A DNA stretch of 55,934 nucleotides from Promethearchaeota archaeon. GTDB lineage: Archaea; Asgardarchaeota; Lokiarchaeia; Sigyniarchaeales; SOKP01. Shown here in pieces: positions 47,598 to 55,934 of this stretch. The first letter of the stretch is position 1, and each line of letters begins with the position of its first letter. The notes under the pieces were generated by a model. That model saw only the letters and a program-made list of their open reading frames with translations, ran no database searches and had not been told where the DNA came from. Location of the stretch: NCBI GenBank assembly GCA_016930515.1, contig JAFGGO010000172.1, positions 1 to 55,934 of the forward strand. Reading direction: 5' to 3'. The translations under genes and the position numbers were made by a program.

Positions 47598-47869
47598 GAT
47601 CGTGCTTTCTTTCTTTTAATCTTTAATTTATGCTATTAAATTAAAAACCAAGATCATTAAAAAATATATCAATGAATATCTAGGAGGATTTACGATGATG
47701 GATTATTTCTTTTAAAATATGCTTAAATAACTCCATGAATATATTATTTTAAATCTTTTAATCCAATTAATATTAGCTTGATATTTGTTTAAAAAAGGAA
47801 GAATTAAATATATCACTTTTTATTATTTCTAATGAGGTAAATAAGAATAGTAGGCATTAATCGCATATT

Positions 47870-49480
47870 ATGACACATAGTAGGATTAGTTCTTCTAATA
47901 AAAAACCCATTGATAGGAACATTTCTTCGTTTATTTTAGAAAACGCCAGCGATATTATAATAGTAGTAAATAACAAATTCAAAATAGATTACATTAATGA
48001 GAAAACGACATTTAATACATTTGGATTTAAAAAAAAAGAACTCATTGGAAAATCGTCATTGGATTTCATTCACCCCGAAGATCGCGACAAAAGCTTAAAA
48101 TTATTAAATACAGGCTTTATTGAGGGCGAAGGAATTGGAGAAGTTCGATTAAAACACAAGAGCGGACAATGGATTTGGACGGAAATAAAGGGTAAAATGT
48201 TCGTGAATTACGACAATTCTAAGAAAGCAGTCTTGATGATAAGAGATATTACCGAACGAAAAAGTTCCGAAGAGAAAATGAAATGTTTGAACGAGGAACT
48301 AAAACGAAAAATTGCTTTAAGCAATCAAAAACTGTTAAGATCTGAAGAAAAATATCGATACCTCATTGAAAATTCACCTTTCGCAATCGTGCTTATTGAT
48401 TTAAAGGGAATCGTTTCCGAATGCAATATAATGACCGAAAAACTTCTTGGGTATAAAAAAACAGAATTAATAGGGAAATTTTTTTCTGACTATTCAACTA
48501 CGCTGAGAAATAACTTGCCATTTCTCTTCATCCAATTCAAGAATAACCTAAAAAAAGAAGACACGCCATTTTCCGATATTCAATTAATAAAAAAAGATGG
48601 TACGAAAATATGGACGAATATGCAAACTTCCCTTGTAAAAGTGAGAAATAAAATTTTACTCCAAATAATATTTTATGACATCACGGAAAAAAAGAAAGCC
48701 GAGAGCCTGATTAATCAAGAAATAATTAAGATTGAGGAATTAGAAAAGATCCGTAGGGAATTGATTTCAAGCGTATCACACGAGCTAAAGACGCCTCTAA
48801 TGTCCTTAAGTGGGGCTTCAGAATTACTTACAAATGTGTTTTACGATCAGGTAAATTCTGATGTCTTGGAACTGATTCATATTATTGATAGAGGAACAAA
48901 AAGACTTGAAAAGCTGGTGGAACGATTTTTAGATATTTCCAAATTAGATTTTAAAATGCTCCGATTAAGAGATCAAGTATGTGATGTAAGCGAAGTAGTT
49001 CAAGCATGCGCAGAAGAAATGAAATACATTCTAAAAAGAAGAGAAATACGTCTTAACTTGGAACTTATTGACGAGGTCTTTTTAAATATTGATAAATTGA
49101 GATTAGAACAAGTTATAATGAGCATATTGTCAAATGCTATAAAAAATACTCCGCCCCAAGGCAAGATTAACATTAAAATAGAACAAAATGAAGATATTAT
49201 AAAAATAATGACGATTGATACTGGTATAGGATTAACTAAGGGAGAACTTGATAAAGTAAAGAAATTTTCAAGATTTTGTAAGCTTCAGAGGCATGGTAAG
49301 GGAACAGAATATTTGGACATACAAGGTACTGGACTTGGGTTATTTATTTCCAAAAATATTATTGACATGTACAACGGTAAAATCGAAATAAATTCGGAAG
49401 GGCGAGGTAAGGGGTGTATGTGTTTAGTTGAATTGCCTATAAAAAAAAAAATATTAAATAGTAAAAATAAGATATTATAA
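47870..49480 (+). CDS. Cytoplasmic PAS-PAS sensor histidine kinase
   Basis: FIHPED, IRDITERK, VSHELKTPL (H box), LSNAIKNT (N), DTGIG (G1), GTGLGL (G2). Confidence 0.95.
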   Translation: MTHSRISSSNKKPIDRNISSFILENASDIIIVVNNKFKIDYINEKTTFNTFGFKKKELIGKSSLDFIHPEDRDKSLKLLNTGFIEGEGIGEVRLKHKSGQWIWTEIKGKMFVNYDNSKKAVLMIRDITERKSSEEKMKCLNEELKRKIALSNQKLLRSEEKYRYLIENSPFAIVLIDLKGIVSECNIMTEKLLGYKKTELIGKFFSDYSTTLRNNLPFLFIQFKNNLKKEDTPFSDIQLIKKDGTKIWTNMQTSLVKVRNKILLQIIFYDITEKKKAESLINQEIIKIEELEKIRRELISSVSHELKTPLMSLSGASELLTNVFYDQVNSDVLELIHIIDRGTKRLEKLVERFLDISKLDFKMLRLRDQVCDVSEVVQACAEEMKYILKRREIRLNLELIDEVFLNIDKLRLEQVIMSILSNAIKNTPPQGKINIKIEQNEDIIKIMTIDTGIGLTKGELDKVKKFSRFCKLQRHGKGTEYLDIQGTGLGLFISKNIIDMYNGKIEINSEGRGKGCMCLVELPIKKKILNSKNKIL

Positions 49481-49496
49481 TCCTCGTGAAAAAAAG

Positions 49497-50420
49497 ATGA
49501 CTTTGAATGAACCAGGGCTAAAAGAAAACTTAAAAAATCTAATTCTTTTAGTAGAAGACGATAATGACATTCTCTTGTTAACTAAGAAAACCTTAGAAAT
49601 TGCCAAATACGATGTTGTAACTGCAAAGAACGGGATTGATGCATTAAAAATACTTGATTCCTTAGAAGATAAGGTTCCGGATTTGATCATAAGCGATATA
49701 TTGATGCCTGGAATGGATGGATACGAATTTTTCAAGGCAGTATCAGAAAATCCCAAGTGGAACCAAATACCATTTGTGTTTTTAACTGCTTTATCCACTC
49801 CTGAAGACGTTCGATTAGGAAAACTCTTAGGAGTTGACGATTATTTATCAAAACCTGTAAAAAGAGAAGACTTATACGCCATTGTAAGTGGTCGAATCGC
49901 TCGTAGTAAGAAGATCCAATCGGTCAACAAGAAAGTTAAGGAAATGATCCAATCATTCAACATAGACATAACCCCCTCAATTTTAGAAGACGAAAAAGAC
50001 CTCATAACTCTATTATTTGTTGCTTGGCACGATTATATCGGTCCTGAATTGAAAGCGTACCATCCAAAAAAGTATAAATTGCCCATGAAGCTTTCAAATA
50101 TTGGAACTCAATTGTTCCAAGCAACTGTCTCAATGTATGGACACGAACACATTACAAAATCAGAAGGCATATTACTCAATATTGAAAACATTCAAAGGAA
50201 TGGATATTTGTTTTTTGACGCTTATCCTGACGAAACTTCAAGAGGAGGAGAAAAACAATATATGCTTGCCGTTATTGCACCAAAAATTAATTATTTTGAA
50301 TCATTGCAAATTCGAGAAGTTTTAAAGAAAATATCAATTGAGGTAAAAAAAAAACAAGAATGGGAAATTTCCTCATATTGGGAAGAAATTGCAAATATCT
50401 TAACAACACCAGCAATATAA
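49497..50420 (+). CDS. Response regulator: receiver domain plus C-terminal uDENN/longin-like domain
   Basis: LVEDD, ISDILMPGMDG, FLTA, YLSKP; C-terminal LFVAWHDYIGPELKAYHP. Confidence 0.88.
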   Translation: MTLNEPGLKENLKNLILLVEDDNDILLLTKKTLEIAKYDVVTAKNGIDALKILDSLEDKVPDLIISDILMPGMDGYEFFKAVSENPKWNQIPFVFLTALSTPEDVRLGKLLGVDDYLSKPVKREDLYAIVSGRIARSKKIQSVNKKVKEMIQSFNIDITPSILEDEKDLITLLFVAWHDYIGPELKAYHPKKYKLPMKLSNIGTQLFQATVSMYGHEHITKSEGILLNIENIQRNGYLFFDAYPDETSRGGEKQYMLAVIAPKINYFESLQIREVLKKISIEVKKKQEWEISSYWEEIANILTTPAI

Positions 50421-50588
50421 TTATTATCTAATAATAACTTATAATTAGAAAACTAGTGATCCCCTAGAGGATGCGAATAGTTAAACCGTAAACTTAAAAC
50501 TCAATACAAATTCAACTAATTAAATTTTAAAAATTTAAGCGTTTGTTAAAAAATTGTACAGGAGTTAAATATTAAAGAAATAAAGGTG

Positions 50589-50900
50589 CTAGTCAAAGAC
50601 ATACATCCTATTCCAAAAATCCTTTACTAAACGCATGTAATCTTCGTTTGTAAATTTGCCTCCCTTCTTTTGAGCGGCTTTAGTCTGCTCCTCGAGTAAA
50701 TCTTCAAAATATTCAACAACCTTCTTGTTGTGCTCTTCGATTAGAGGATTTATAGATTTTTTTTTCTTACCGAGCATTTTTTTTTTAAGATCTAAATATA
50801 CTTTTTCGTACTGCAGACGTGCTTCCTTAATTTCTCTAACTTCTTTTATTGGTTCTTCTTTTGTAATTCCCTTTTGGTAATTTGTATCTGAATTTGACAT
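50589..50900 (-). CDS. Small charged hypothetical protein
   Basis: 103-aa helical ORF with GAGGAAGG SD-like sequence upstream. Confidence 0.65.
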   Translation of the reverse strand: MSNSDTNYQKGITKEEPIKEVREIKEARLQYEKVYLDLKKKMLGKKKKSINPLIEEHNKKVVEYFEDLLEEQTKAAQKKGGKFTNEDYMRLVKDFWNRMYVFD

Positions 50901-51048
50901 TAAAATACCTTCCTCAATTTTTTAAATGGATTACCCTATTGGATTAATTAATAAAAGGAAATTTACATATTTATATTTACTGGCGATAAATTAAAAAAAG
51001 GACGAACTTAAAGCTTAATTTAATAAAAAATCGTGAATTTCTTTACTA

Positions 51049-52236
51049 ATGTATAAAAACATCAATAAATACGATGTTACTATTTCTTCGTGTGAATCAA
51101 TCAAGGCAAAATTAAAAGATTTAGAACATCAGTTCTCGAAGAAACAATGCTTTTTAGGATTCGACGGATACATTGATTCTTTATACTCTCTCGTGCAATC
51201 GAGAGAAAGCAAGTCTGAATGGAAAAAGATGGATTTAATGGCAACATTCGGGCAAAAAGTTATTGATGTGGCAGGAAGCGCAGCTAGTATCGAGCGAGTT
51301 CTAAAAAGGAGGATTTTTGGAGGATTCACGCCAAACACTAGCAGCGCCATAAGCGCCTTAGGAGCGCGCATTACTATAGTTGCTGCTCTAGGATATCCAG
51401 ATATACTTGAAATTTTTTCTCCTATTACTCAAGATAATAGAATTAATGCGTTTTCGATTGCCAATCCTGGTGAAACGCTTGGTTTAGAATTTAACGATGG
51501 AAAAGTGATGATCACTGATTTTGCTAATATTTTTTCCATTGATTGGAATCTCGTAAAGAACAGAATTGGTGTTGACCAATTGTTGCAATATTTTCAGAAT
51601 GCTGATGTTCTCGGATTTGGTCATTGGTCATTGACTCATGGTTTAAGCGATATTTGGAGAGGATGTGAAAAAGAAATATTTCCTAACATTAACGGTAAAA
51701 ATAAGCTTTTTTTTGCCGACCTTTCCGATATTAAAAAGCGTTCCAATACCGATATCGTCGATATGGTCAATATATTAAATAAGATCAACGATCAAGTTCC
51801 CGTTCTACTCAGTCTAAACGATCAAGAGGCCGTTGATCTTTCGAAAGCACTTGGATTAAAGTTAGATGATGTTAAATCGCATTTAGGATCAGGTTATCAC
51901 GATGCGGGAAAGAATCTTTGTCAGCTAACAAATCTATCCTATATCGTTGTTCATTCTCCTCGATTTGCAACAATTTCTACAAACAACGATGAACATTTCT
52001 GGGTCACGGAAGGTTTCACATCAAAACCTCGCTTTACAACTGGAGCGGGAGATCACTTTCACTCGGGAGTAGTTATGGGATTGATAAGTGGACTAGAACC
52101 TGCCGAAGCGATTGTATATGGAAATGCACTCACGGCAGTATTTGTGCGTACGGGAAATTCGCCGAGTTGTGCCGATGTAAGTAGATTTATTGGAAAGTAC
52201 ATGGAATACATTGAAAACGACAACCCCGTATTTTAA
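51049..52236 (+). CDS. PfkB/ribokinase-superfamily kinase-like protein
   Basis: GFDGYID, LSLNDQEA, TTGAGDHFHSG anion-hole motif. Confidence 0.82.
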   Translation: MYKNINKYDVTISSCESIKAKLKDLEHQFSKKQCFLGFDGYIDSLYSLVQSRESKSEWKKMDLMATFGQKVIDVAGSAASIERVLKRRIFGGFTPNTSSAISALGARITIVAALGYPDILEIFSPITQDNRINAFSIANPGETLGLEFNDGKVMITDFANIFSIDWNLVKNRIGVDQLLQYFQNADVLGFGHWSLTHGLSDIWRGCEKEIFPNINGKNKLFFADLSDIKKRSNTDIVDMVNILNKINDQVPVLLSLNDQEAVDLSKALGLKLDDVKSHLGSGYHDAGKNLCQLTNLSYIVVHSPRFATISTNNDEHFWVTEGFTSKPRFTTGAGDHFHSGVVMGLISGLEPAEAIVYGNALTAVFVRTGNSPSCADVSRFIGKYMEYIENDNPVF

Positions 52237-52347
52237 ATTACAGCAGCATTAACTTTCTATCATTCATTTAATCAAAGGTGATGATATCTTGGTAGCTTCA
52301 ATCTGTGTTTCATGGCTATCTTTAAATTAGATGAGATTATAACATAA

Positions 52348-52359
52348 TTAGGACACGAA
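52348..52359. promoter_or_regulatory. Putative MarR operator (degenerate copy) upstream of the MarR gene
   Basis: TTAGGACACGAA, a hybrid of the two downstream palindromes. Confidence 0.45.
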
Positions 52360-52376
52360 TTAATTACACAATTATA

Positions 52377-52853
52377 ATGATCGAATCAGATAAAGAAAGA
52401 GAGGACATAATTTCCAAGGAATATTTATTAAACATATATAATCTTTTAAAAAGGACTGAAAAGCAGTTTAATAAAATCGAGAGGCAAATAATTCAAGAAA
52501 AACCTCATTTCGACAAGAGAAAAGTAACCCCTCCTCAATGGTTCGTGTTGCGGATTCTTTGGAAACAAGATGGACTTCCGTTGAAATATTTAGCAACTGC
52601 TGCTAAATGTTCGCGTTCTACCATAACAGGAATCATTGATACAATGGAAAAAAACAGTCTTGTGAAACGACTCTCAAATCCCGATGATGGAAGGAGTACA
52701 TTAGTAGTATTAACTGACTCTGGAAAAGAACTTGGTCATTATGGTCCATCATTTGACTCGTATTTAACTGAAAATTGTAAAAATTTTAGCAGGGAGGAGC
52801 TTCAAATGTTAATATTATTATTGAAAAAATTTCTCAAGTCGTTGGAATTATAA
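52377..52853 (+). CDS. MarR-family regulator
   Basis: VTPPQWFVL, STITGIIDTMEKNSLVKR, DDGRSTLVVLTDSG. Confidence 0.92.
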   Translation: MIESDKEREDIISKEYLLNIYNLLKRTEKQFNKIERQIIQEKPHFDKRKVTPPQWFVLRILWKQDGLPLKYLATAAKCSRSTITGIIDTMEKNSLVKRLSNPDDGRSTLVVLTDSGKELGHYGPSFDSYLTENCKNFSREELQMLILLLKKFLKSLEL

Positions 52854-52866
52854 TTGAGCATAATAG

Positions 52867-52903
52867 TTCGGTTCCGAAACACTTATATTGGTTAGGTTCC
52901 TAA
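52867..52903. promoter_or_regulatory. Two palindromic operators flanking a TATA-like box
   Basis: TTCGG-TT-CCGAA (52867-52878) and TTAGG-TT-CCTAA (52892-52903), with CTTATAT between. Confidence 0.6.
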
Positions 52904-52942
52904 TTAAATCATCTAATAAAAATAATTTTTAATGAAATAGAG

Positions 52943-53281
52943 ATGGATATTAACATAAAAGAATTGTTAAACAAGTCAAAATTAACAATCGAAGAGATCG
53001 AAGAATTTAAGGATCTTGCAAATAAAACCGATAAAAAGGTTAGTCACTCACGAGCTTACAAAACAATGATGAACCCTACTAGAAGGGATCTACTACAATT
53101 CATTGGATACGAAATAAAGACCATTCCAGAATTAATGAATAAATTTAACTTATCAAATGATCAAGTTAATTATCACCTTGCAATGTTAAAACAAGGCTTA
53201 TATGTAATATCTTCCAAGGAAGGTTGGAAATGCTCTCCATTGGGTTTAGGTTTTTTAGAGAACACGATACTCAAAGAATAA
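52943..53281 (+). CDS. ArsR-like winged-helix protein
   Basis: MMNPTRRDLL, QVNYHLAML. Confidence 0.8.
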   Translation: MDINIKELLNKSKLTIEEIEEFKDLANKTDKKVSHSRAYKTMMNPTRRDLLQFIGYEIKTIPELMNKFNLSNDQVNYHLAMLKQGLYVISSKEGWKCSPLGLGFLENTILKE

Positions 53282-53320
53282 TAGAACAATTAATAGAGAA
53301 ACAATGCAAAATAAATAAAT

Positions 53321-53881
53321 ATGAAAATTGATGATTTATTAAGTTCAGAATCTGCGTATATAATAGAAAAAAACATAAATCCAATTTTAGATAGCATATT
53401 GATAAAAAAAAATGCAAAAATCTTAGATATAGGTACTGGAAAAGGGAGAATGGCCATTGCCCTTGCATTAAAAGGATATCAATTATTAACTGGTGAACCT
53501 GAAGGAGACGATTCAGAATACGCAAGACAAGAATGGCTTAAAGATGCTAAATTATTAGGTGTAGAAAAATTCATCAAATTAAATCATTTTAACGCGGAAT
53601 TCATGCCATTCGAGAACGAACAATTCGATGTAATATTCATGATGGGGTCTTTCCATCACATTAACAATAAAGAAGCAGCCATTAGTGAATGTTTTCGTAC
53701 CTTGAAAAAAGTAGATGGATTGTTATGCATTATTGAGCCTAATACCAATGGCATTCAAAAAATAAAAGAAAGACATTCATCTCATCCTAATGCCGTTGAT
53801 CCCCGGAATTTCATTAAAAGGAGCGTTTTTAACATTTTACATCTTCCAATGTTCGATGCATTCGTATTTAAAAACGGTTGA
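53321..53881 (+). CDS. Class I SAM-dependent methyltransferase
   Basis: ILDIGTGKG, AEFMPFENEQFDVI, FHHI, RTLK. Confidence 0.9.
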   Translation: MKIDDLLSSESAYIIEKNINPILDSILIKKNAKILDIGTGKGRMAIALALKGYQLLTGEPEGDDSEYARQEWLKDAKLLGVEKFIKLNHFNAEFMPFENEQFDVIFMMGSFHHINNKEAAISECFRTLKKVDGLLCIIEPNTNGIQKIKERHSSHPNAVDPRNFIKRSVFNILHLPMFDAFVFKNG

Positions 53882-53891
53882 GGTTTAAATC

Positions 53892-55151
53892 TTAGTTAAA
53901 ATTATCGAAAATCCTTTTTGAGGTTAACAAAGCGCAATATTTACCACACATTGAACAATCCTTCTTTCGTTTGGGAAATTTTTCCTTGAGGTATTCGGTA
54001 TTAAGACTAATTTGAAATTGTTGTTCCCATTCTCTTAGAAATCTATGTTTAGAAAGCTGAAGATCGGGATCGAAAAGGTGATTCAAACCATATTTCATTG
54101 AGTCGCCCACGTGAGCAGCTAATTTGCACGCAATTAATCCGTTTTTAATGTCATCTACCGATGGTAATCCAAGATGTTCGGCAGGAGTTATTGCGCATAT
54201 ATAATCTGCCCCGTAACCAGAAGCTAATGTGGCTCCTATTGAAGCTGATATGTGGTCGTAGCCTAATCCTATTTCAGTAGGAAGAGGTCCCGAAACGAAA
54301 AGAGGCCTACTGTTGGTAACCTGCTTATGAATTTTAATCCATTGAATTAGATCTCGTGCGTTCACATGACCTCCTAAACTTTCTAGAATAACTTGGACAC
54401 CTTTTTTATTGGCTAATGTTGCTAATCTTGAATTATTAAGCATTTCTGCGAATTGAGGCTCATCAATCAAATCGTGCACACATCCGCTTCTCATGGCGTT
54501 TCCAAGGTTGAGAACCGTATTGCTGGCTAGCATCATCTCCAAGATGTAATCGAAAATATCTAAAAAAGGGTTTTTCGTGTTATTTTGACTCATGATGGAT
54601 GCCGTAAAACTTCCTCCTTTCGAGACCATTCCCATTATTCGTCTACCTTTAATTTTATTCAAGTCGTCCAGGCTAAAACCTGCATGAATTACAATGGAAC
54701 TAACCCCATCCTTAATTTGTCTTTCTATGACCTTAAGAATTGCTTCGTTTGAAATATTTAACATCGATCCTTCTTGAACAACCGCTTGATAAATAGGAAC
54801 GGTGGTAATAGGTACGGTACATTTTTCCATTAATTCATTTCTTATTTGGTCAATGTTGCCCCCCATCGAGAGATCAGATATCGTATCTGCGCCGTGTTTC
54901 TGAGCAACAAGTACTTTTTGAATTTCTTGATCTCTATCGTACTCTGAAGAGGAGGTCCCTAAATTCACATTTATCTTGGTTCTTAATCCCTCACCAATTC
55001 CAACAGGAGCAAAATCTTTTAGCTTGAGAATTACGACTTTTCCATTGCAAATGCGCTTTTTTAAAGTATTAGGATCGATTCTTTCTTCTTTAGCTACGAG
55101 TTTTATCTCATCCGCAAGTGATTTTCCTAATTTCTCATTTGGTATATTCAT
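53892..55151 (-). CDS. thiC: ThiC-family radical SAM enzyme (phosphomethylpyrimidine synthase or Bza-like paralog); likely start MNIPNEK at 55151
   Basis: TKINVNLGTS, GADTISDLS, TVPIYQA, GYDHI, TPAEHLGLP, CSMCGKYC. Confidence 0.85.
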   Translation of the reverse strand: MNIPNEKLGKSLADEIKLVAKEERIDPNTLKKRICNGKVVILKLKDFAPVGIGEGLRTKINVNLGTSSSEYDRDQEIQKVLVAQKHGADTISDLSMGGNIDQIRNELMEKCTVPITTVPIYQAVVQEGSMLNISNEAILKVIERQIKDGVSSIVIHAGFSLDDLNKIKGRRIMGMVSKGGSFTASIMSQNNTKNPFLDIFDYILEMMLASNTVLNLGNAMRSGCVHDLIDEPQFAEMLNNSRLATLANKKGVQVILESLGGHVNARDLIQWIKIHKQVTNSRPLFVSGPLPTEIGLGYDHISASIGATLASGYGADYICAITPAEHLGLPSVDDIKNGLIACKLAAHVGDSMKYGLNHLFDPDLQLSKHRFLREWEQQFQISLNTEYLKEKFPKRKKDCSMCGKYCALLTSKRIFDNFN

Positions 55152-55485
55152 TTTTTTTTCAAAAGCAAAAGTGGTGAAAGTGCAAATTTTCATTCGTTAA
55201 AGTGTCTTTTGTATTTATTGAAGAGAAATTTTAAGGATAAGGGGGAATGTTAAAAACTTCCTAATTTATGAGAAGGAGTTCGATAAGGCGAATATGTGGA
55301 AATTTTTAACTTATTTTTTCAGGGTGTTGTATAATCCAACGAAATTGTTAATTTAAATATCTAGAGGGTAAAATTTTATTGATTTTTTCATATCCTTATT
55401 TAGAAGTACATAAAATTATTTGTCAATCATTCCATTTTCTTCTAAAAACCTTAAAGCTGTTTCGAGCATTTTGGAAAGTGTGATA

Positions 55486-55746
55486 TTATATCAACATCGT
55501 GATATTTATTAAGTGCTTCTTTACAGGCATATCTAACTTGAGAAAAGCAGTTTTCATTGGTCCTATTGGTTCCCATTTTATGAGTTTTTCAACTTTTATC
55601 CAATCAATTTTCCTATTCCTCTTTTTCCAAAATATTTCAATAATACCAATAAAAGAAATAACTAAAAAACAGCAAAACACAAATATCTGCATTTCTTCAG
55701 GTATATTATTATATATTTTCCATCTGCTATATCTAGCGTTTAACAT
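55486..55746 (-). CDS. Possible small membrane protein or gene remnant
   Basis: One TM plus basic stretch; hydrophobic-looking sequence continues upstream with stops. Confidence 0.3.
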   Translation of the reverse strand: MLNARYSRWKIYNNIPEEMQIFVFCCFLVISFIGIIEIFWKKRNRKIDWIKVEKLIKWEPIGPMKTAFLKLDMPVKKHLINITMLI

Positions 55747-55934
55747 TCCAAGATCAATTTTAATAAATATAATTTAGATTAAAAAAAATCTGATGAAAAA
55801 TTAAAGAATAGATTATAAATAGATTATTAAAAACTGAGAATTTTTAAGATCGAATTCTCATGATACATTCATAAAAAAATATTGGAGAGTAATATGAAAT
55901 GTGAAGTTTGTAAAAAAAAAGTTTCTGGAATAAA

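Noticed and set aside
52270-52325. Fluoride riboswitch (GGTGATG start)
   Set aside because: Lacks the complementary CACC and the downstream pseudoknot segment.
55152-55480. TPP riboswitch upstream of thiC
   Set aside because: No CUGAGA or other TPP core motifs seen on the minus strand.
21-55777. Short antisense or nested ORFs of 60-150 aa in the ORF track
   Set aside because: They overlap well-supported genes and have no recognisable motifs.
1-55934. CRISPR array, rRNA or provirus
   Set aside because: No regularly spaced repeats, rRNA-like sequence, integrase or capsid genes seen.

Overview
AT-rich archaeal chromosomal segment, inferred to be from an Asgard archaeon (Lokiarchaeia-like). 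The inference rests on a roadblock-small GTPase fusion, a gelsolin-domain protein, several longin-like domains, a Loki-CTERM-like signal and a eukaryote-type SECIS. In order, the window holds: a corrinoid/iron-chelate ABC importer divergent from cobT, a DUF71 ATPase and a HAD hydrolase; a Mo/W-pterin cofactor cluster (moeA, moaB, moeA, moaE, moaD, moaA, moaC, mop, wtpABC); tRNA-Leu(CAG) next to a solo tnpB; beta-helix surface proteins with a wHTH regulator; cimA; tandem multi-TM-longin proteins; an orphan m6A methyltransferase; a decayed IS607; hisB with an SNF2/SWIM pair; a SelB-like factor; a two-component pair; a MarR/ArsR/methyltransferase cassette; and a divergent thiC. Two candidates stand out. 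(1) A probable new selenoprotein family: the ORF called at 41132 extends upstream through an in-frame UGA (41114-41116), and a form-2 eukaryote-like SECIS hairpin starts 8 nt after its stop, tail-to-tail with the SelB-like gene. (2) A 22-codon leader peptide with 10 Ile plus a 12-bp anti-SD helix upstream of cimA, suggesting ribosome-mediated attenuation in an archaeon. All calls come from reading motifs by eye; no searches or folding programs were run.
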